Shown here: piece by piece, positions 27,124 through 32,000 of the stretch | Position numbering within the stretch: the first letter of the stretch is position 1 | How the letters are laid out: each line of letters opens with the position of its first letter | NCBI RefSeq assembly: GCF_025643275.1 | Contig: NZ_CP089977.1 | Span: 270,001-302,000 of the forward strand | DNA length: 32,000 nucleotides | Direction of reading: 5' to 3' | Origin: Moraxella nasicaprae | Lineage (GTDB): Bacteria; Pseudomonadota; Gammaproteobacteria; Pseudomonadales; Moraxellaceae | Position numbers and translations under genes: made by a program | The notes under the pieces: model-generated | What the model saw: the letters and a program-made list of their open reading frames with translations, nothing else | Told to the model about the DNA's origin: nothing | Databases searched by the model: none

Positions 27124-27156
27124 AAAGTCCGCACGGTGTCATGCTGTGCGGATTTT
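27124..27156 (+). terminator. rho-independent terminator after the TPR gene
   Basis: TCCGCAC (27128-27134) pairs with GTGCGGA (27146-27152), extendable by A-U/G-U pairs, followed by TTTT. Confidence 0.55.
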
Positions 27157-27226
27157 GACACATTGAATACATCAAGATTCATCAATACCTCATTTGCAGA
27201 GTTTTTCATCGTTCATCTCATTGATT

Positions 27227-29404
27227 ATGCCAGTCAAACAATTTTTACCACAAGCCATCTTTTTGACCACTCTTACCCTGTCTTTGAATGCGTGTAGCGT
27301 GCTTGCTCCAAAACCCAAACAAAATGCCGCCAACCTACTACAACAAACCAGAAGTAGCATCATCACCAGTCATGAACTTAGTGCCACCAGCCAAGCCGCC
27401 ATCTTATCATCAGGGTTTAGCCAAGAAAGCTGTTTATCAGAATTTGAGCATTGCTTACAAGGTGTTCAAAATTCGTTATTGATTGACGCACCAAACCGCC
27501 ATCTGTTATCGGTATTGGCAGAACTGCATTATGCACATTCCTTAAAACTTGCCAGCCAGTCTGCCTGTCGTAGTGAGCTAGATAGATTACCCATTGATGA
27601 ATATTATCACAACCAACCGCCAAGTCTTGATGAACTGGAACAAAAGTCACAAGCCAGCCAAGAATGCACCAGTCAATATCGACAAGCACTTTATCAGACG
27701 ATTAAGCACAGTTATGCTTATCTGTTTTATGACAATCTAAACAATCATCATTCTGCCAGCAATATCGCCCAAGACAGTGATATTCGCACGCTTGATTTGT
27801 ATCATCTGGCAAGCAATGATTTAATCAGTGAGATTTATCGTGATGACTTAGGTGCATTTGCCCACATTGCTCGCACGCAATACGACATTCGTCACGCCCC
27901 CATTGAGCCTTACTATCATCAAAAACAAATCAGCAAAATAACCACCATTGATGACAAGCAGCACACAACCATCAATGCCTTTATCGAAAATGATGATGAC
28001 TACCTAAAACAACTGATGCGTGGCAATCAGCAGACCATCACTGATTTGGTTTCTGCGTATGATCCTAGATTATCTAAACTTGATGTCAATAGTCGTCGCT
28101 CTGGTATTGGGGTGAGCATGATTGGCTCGGTTGATGGGCGTTACACCATAGACAAACAAACCAGACAAGCCCTGCAACAAAATACTTGGCAACAAAGCCA
28201 AAATCCCAGCGACCGCATTCACACCATGGGACATCTACAAATCACCGCCATTGTAAAACCGACTGGTCGGACTGTATTAGAGGTTTTGGCAAGTGATACA
28301 CTCAATATTCATCTATTTAACCCACAAAATCATCAGCAAGTAGAAATTTTGGGCAAAAGCTATCCGCTAAGTGCCAATTTTTCGGCAGGCTATGCGTTAT
28401 GGTTGTCCGAAAACAAACTTAGTCAAGCCAGTCTGATTGGCATGCTTGCCAAGTCCAATCACGCCAGACTACCAGAACTTTTTATGCTAAAACCGTTCAA
28501 TCCCAAACAAAAAGTCATCATTATGCTGCACGGTTTGGCATCAAGTCCTGCCACATGGGTAAATCTAACCAATACCCTATTATCCGACCCTGCATTGAAC
28601 GAACAGTACCAAGTTTGGCAAATCGCTTATTCGACCAATTTGCCCATCTTGGAAAATCGTCATCAAATCCAGCAGCTCATCGAAACTGCCTTTGCCAATG
28701 CCGACCCATCAGGTCACGCCATCGCCAGTAAAGATGCGGTCATCATTGGGCATAGCATGGGTGGTGTCATCGCTCGGCTGATGCTCTCTGATGATGACCT
28801 AACCGTCAAATTAGGCGAATTGGGCGATAAAGCACAACAAGATTTGCTCAAAAAACTTCCCAAAGACCAAAGAATGGCAGTTGATGAACGGCTAAAATTA
28901 CACGCATTACCACAAATTGGTACGGCGGTATTCATCTCAGCACCGTTTCGTGGCACAGACTATGCTGACCGCTGGTTTACTCGTGCCGCCAGACGCATCA
29001 TTCATCTACCGCTTGATTTAACCCAAACCACAGGTGCTATCCTAAAAAACCTTGATGCAGGCAGCAATCAGCAAAATATCGGTGCTTTGTACTTGCAAAA
29101 TGGTGCCAGCCAGCTCTCTGACCGTTCCTCATTCATGCAGCTGACCAAAGACATACGCATTCACCCAAAAGTACATTACCACACCATTGTTGGTGACCAT
29201 CAAGGTATTCATGGTAAAGAAAACACGGTCAGTGACCATATTTCTGATGGCATTGTGCCGTATCTAAGCTCACACTTAGATGGTGCGACAAGCGAAACCA
29301 TCATCACAGGCAGGCATAATATCCACGAAAACCCCAAAACCATTTTGCAATTACGCAAAATCCTGCATGCCCATTTAAACAAGAATACATCGCACACTCA
29401 CTAA
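27227..29404 (+). CDS. lipoprotein with C-terminal alpha/beta-hydrolase (esterase/lipase-like) domain and ~400-aa unknown N-terminal region
   Basis: Lipobox LSLNAC (Cys at 27293-27295). Hydrolase motifs ..IIMLHGLASSPATW.. and the nucleophile elbow GHSMGG (28748-28765). The ORF-track start TTG 27194 is less likely than ATG 27227. Confidence 0.7.
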   Translation: MPVKQFLPQAIFLTTLTLSLNACSVLAPKPKQNAANLLQQTRSSIITSHELSATSQAAILSSGFSQESCLSEFEHCLQGVQNSLLIDAPNRHLLSVLAELHYAHSLKLASQSACRSELDRLPIDEYYHNQPPSLDELEQKSQASQECTSQYRQALYQTIKHSYAYLFYDNLNNHHSASNIAQDSDIRTLDLYHLASNDLISEIYRDDLGAFAHIARTQYDIRHAPIEPYYHQKQISKITTIDDKQHTTINAFIENDDDYLKQLMRGNQQTITDLVSAYDPRLSKLDVNSRRSGIGVSMIGSVDGRYTIDKQTRQALQQNTWQQSQNPSDRIHTMGHLQITAIVKPTGRTVLEVLASDTLNIHLFNPQNHQQVEILGKSYPLSANFSAGYALWLSENKLSQASLIGMLAKSNHARLPELFMLKPFNPKQKVIIMLHGLASSPATWVNLTNTLLSDPALNEQYQVWQIAYSTNLPILENRHQIQQLIETAFANADPSGHAIASKDAVIIGHSMGGVIARLMLSDDDLTVKLGELGDKAQQDLLKKLPKDQRMAVDERLKLHALPQIGTAVFISAPFRGTDYADRWFTRAARRIIHLPLDLTQTTGAILKNLDAGSNQQNIGALYLQNGASQLSDRSSFMQLTKDIRIHPKVHYHTIVGDHQGIHGKENTVSDHISDGIVPYLSSHLDGATSETIITGRHNIHENPKTILQLRKILHAHLNKNTSHTH

Positions 29405-29410
29405 GCCAAT

Positions 29411-29442
29411 AAAAAACCCCACCGTCTTTGGTTGGGGTTTTT
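29411..29442. terminator. bidirectional terminator between the hydrolase gene and adk
   Basis: AAAAACCCCA (29412-29421) pairs with TGGGGTTTTT (29433-29442). Confidence 0.75.
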
Positions 29443-29461
29443 GCTGATGGGCTTGAAATGC

Positions 29462-30127
<666 letters not shown>

Positions 30128-30317
30128 TTATTCTCCAAGATGATTATACCAAAAAACCCTGCAATGATGGTTCATCAAAATCCTCCCTGCACACCATCTC
30201 TCCATTACTCATCACAGACGACACTACTATAAAGCAGTCTGTCAAATTGTTCAAGTTATTTTGTATCAAATCCATATAAAAAACTCATCTTTCAACCAAT
30301 ACCTAAAAACTCATCAC

Positions 30318-30353
30318 AAAAAAACACATCAACCAACTGATTGATGTGTTTTT
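30318..30353. terminator. terminator downstream of ccmI (bidirectional hairpin)
   Basis: AAAAACACATCAA (30320-30332), loop CCAACTGA, TTGATGTGTTTTT (30341-30353). Confidence 0.75.
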
Positions 30354-30382
30354 AAATGAACCGTATTGCTAAGCAAAACCAA

Positions 30383-31645
30383 CTAAGGAATGATTTGAGA
30401 AATCATCAAAGAGACTTGCTGGTCGTTCTTTTTTAGCACCACAGGATTAGCCGCCAAATCGCCTGACTGACTCATCGCATTGCCTGAGTGGCTGATACGA
30501 GCATTGACCACCAATGTCACGCCAGCATCACGCCCCATGCTCAGCGTACGATTTGGCATCATTGCATCAGCATCACTTAGCGTGACCGTAATCGCACCTG
30601 CTTTGATGTCACTGGCTGCCAAGCGTTTGACCGCATAAGGTGCACCGCCCGACTGCTCTGCCACTGACACAAATAGCGAATCATCAACCTTCATCTGTGC
30701 CAGTAAAGAAGGCTCGATGCCAACGGTAATCTTCACGCCTTGTGATGCCATTTGTTCTTGTTTGGCGATGTTTTGTGATAAATTATCCAAACTTGCCAAT
30801 GCTTCGCTATGGTCACCAGAACGAGAAACAATGGACGAACGCAGTTTGGCAATCCACGCCTTTGCCATTGGATAATTACCCGCACGAGCCTCGCCCATCA
30901 CCATCATCATCAATGCCCCTTCGTGATTTGGCGAGACGCTCAATACTTGGTTTAATACAGCACGAGCATTAGCATCTAGCTTACCCTCATTGGCAAAAAA
31001 GCTGGTCTGAGCATAGGTAATGGCAATCTCTTGATTGTCAGGTTCAAGACGGTTGGCACGAGCCAATGCCTCTAATGCCTGCGGTTTGGCATCAAGCATC
31101 ATGAACAGCTCAGACAGTCTCATCCAACGATTGGCGTCATTGGCGTGCTGATGAACATTGGTCTGTATTGCAGAAATGAGTGCTGAGGAATTTTTTGCTG
31201 CCCATTCTGGCGGTGTGTCTAGCTTGCCTGTCAATAGGTCATCTGCCACCTGTCCCACGCTGTCTTGTGCAGCCCACAAGGTAAATACAGGCGTACGGTC
31301 AGCAGTGGTCAGATAAGCAATTGCCACCAGAATCGGAATCCACACCAGCACAATGATTCGCCCCTTGATGCCCACAGGCGTGTGCGTTTCTGCCACCGTT
31401 TGAGCATCAAGCAGTTGGCGTTTTAGTTCAATGGTCTGGGCTTTATAATGCTCATCATCAATCAGACCAGCTTGTTTATCGGCCTCCAATTCAGCAATGC
31501 GTTCGCCAAAAATCTGCACATTCACCGCCATCAACTGATTATCCTGCTGCCGTGCATGTCTTAGCCAAGGAAAAATAACCACTAATGACAACAAAAAAGT
31601 CAGCACCGCACACAGTGAAAAAAACAACAATAAACTTGGTGTCAT
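30383..31645 (-). CDS. ccmI: c-type cytochrome biogenesis protein CcmI (CycH), TPR-containing
   Basis: Two N-terminal TM helices, a TPR-like periplasmic region, and ATGA start/stop overlap with ccmH. Confidence 0.8.
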   Translation of the reverse strand: MTPSLLLFFSLCAVLTFLLSLVVIFPWLRHARQQDNQLMAVNVQIFGERIAELEADKQAGLIDDEHYKAQTIELKRQLLDAQTVAETHTPVGIKGRIIVLVWIPILVAIAYLTTADRTPVFTLWAAQDSVGQVADDLLTGKLDTPPEWAAKNSSALISAIQTNVHQHANDANRWMRLSELFMMLDAKPQALEALARANRLEPDNQEIAITYAQTSFFANEGKLDANARAVLNQVLSVSPNHEGALMMMVMGEARAGNYPMAKAWIAKLRSSIVSRSGDHSEALASLDNLSQNIAKQEQMASQGVKITVGIEPSLLAQMKVDDSLFVSVAEQSGGAPYAVKRLAASDIKAGAITVTLSDADAMMPNRTLSMGRDAGVTLVVNARISHSGNAMSQSGDLAANPVVLKKNDQQVSLMISQIIP

Positions 31646-32000
31646 GATGATTCCTTATTTTGTGTTTGTTGGTGTGTTGCCAAAATTTTGGCAATTTTTG
31701 CCTCTTCGCTGGCAGATAGCTCGTCAGTTGGCTCGTCAAACTTTTTGGCATTATGCCCACGAGATTTGTATAGCCAGCCTAGCAATAACATCAATAATAG
31801 CACTGGTGGAAAAAACCACAAAATCCAAGTCGATGGACGAATTGGCGGTTTATAACTGATGAAATCGCCATAGCGTTCAAACATATAATTGCGAATCTCG
31901 GTATCACTTCGACCCGCTTTAATCATTTCATAGGTTTGCTGCTTTAAATCTTGGGCGATGGGTGCGTCCGACCCTGCTAAATTTTGATTTTGGCATTTTG
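31642..32000 (-). CDS. ccmH: cytochrome c-type biogenesis protein CcmH (5' end outside the window)
   Basis: The frame stays open to the window edge: ..KCQNQNLAGSDAPIAQDLKQQTYEMIKAGRSDTEIRNYMFERYGDFISYKPP.. followed by a TM helix. The ORF-track Met at 31926 is internal. Confidence 0.85.
   Translation of the reverse strand, partial: KCQNQNLAGSDAPIAQDLKQQTYEMIKAGRSDTEIRNYMFERYGDFISYKPPIRPSTWILWFFPPVLLLMLLLGWLYKSRGHNAKKFDEPTDELSASEEAKIAKILATHQQTQNKESS

Overview
Moderately AT-rich gammaproteobacterial chromosome segment. Gene content and protein sequences look Moraxellaceae-like (Moraxella/Psychrobacter type), which is a tentative call from sequence feel only. About 85% is ordinary housekeeping: a ypjD-like CcsA-family membrane protein, an SLT lytic transglycosylase, htpX, clpS-clpA, hemE, obg, a long-form gap, a MutT-type Nudix hydrolase, very large tamA-tamB, an lplT-like MFS transporter, a TPR protein, a large lipoprotein alpha/beta-hydrolase, adk, and ccmI/ccmH. 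A small hemP gene (55 aa, below the ORF-track cutoff) with Fur-box-like sites sits at 16305-16472. The one clearly accessory segment is about 9.93-14.03 kb, on the opposite strand between obg and gap. It is a mosaic, 5'- and 3'-truncated, frame-interrupted gene of the polyvalent-protein type made by conjugative elements and phages. Its modules in order are: zeta-kinase fragment, HExxH zincin module, two MuF-C/PBECR-like domains, an unknown module, a complete zeta-toxin-like P-loop kinase, two KWD..WY modules, and a primase stub. No transfer, phage or integrase genes accompany it. The frame breaks sit in short repeats (A5, A8, AAACCx2). It could therefore be a decaying relic, a set of homopolymer sequencing errors, or a slippage-switchable effector locus, and I cannot tell which from sequence alone. 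I saw no tRNA, rRNA, CRISPR array, IS element or integrase. Domain-family names come from my recognition of motifs, not from any search.
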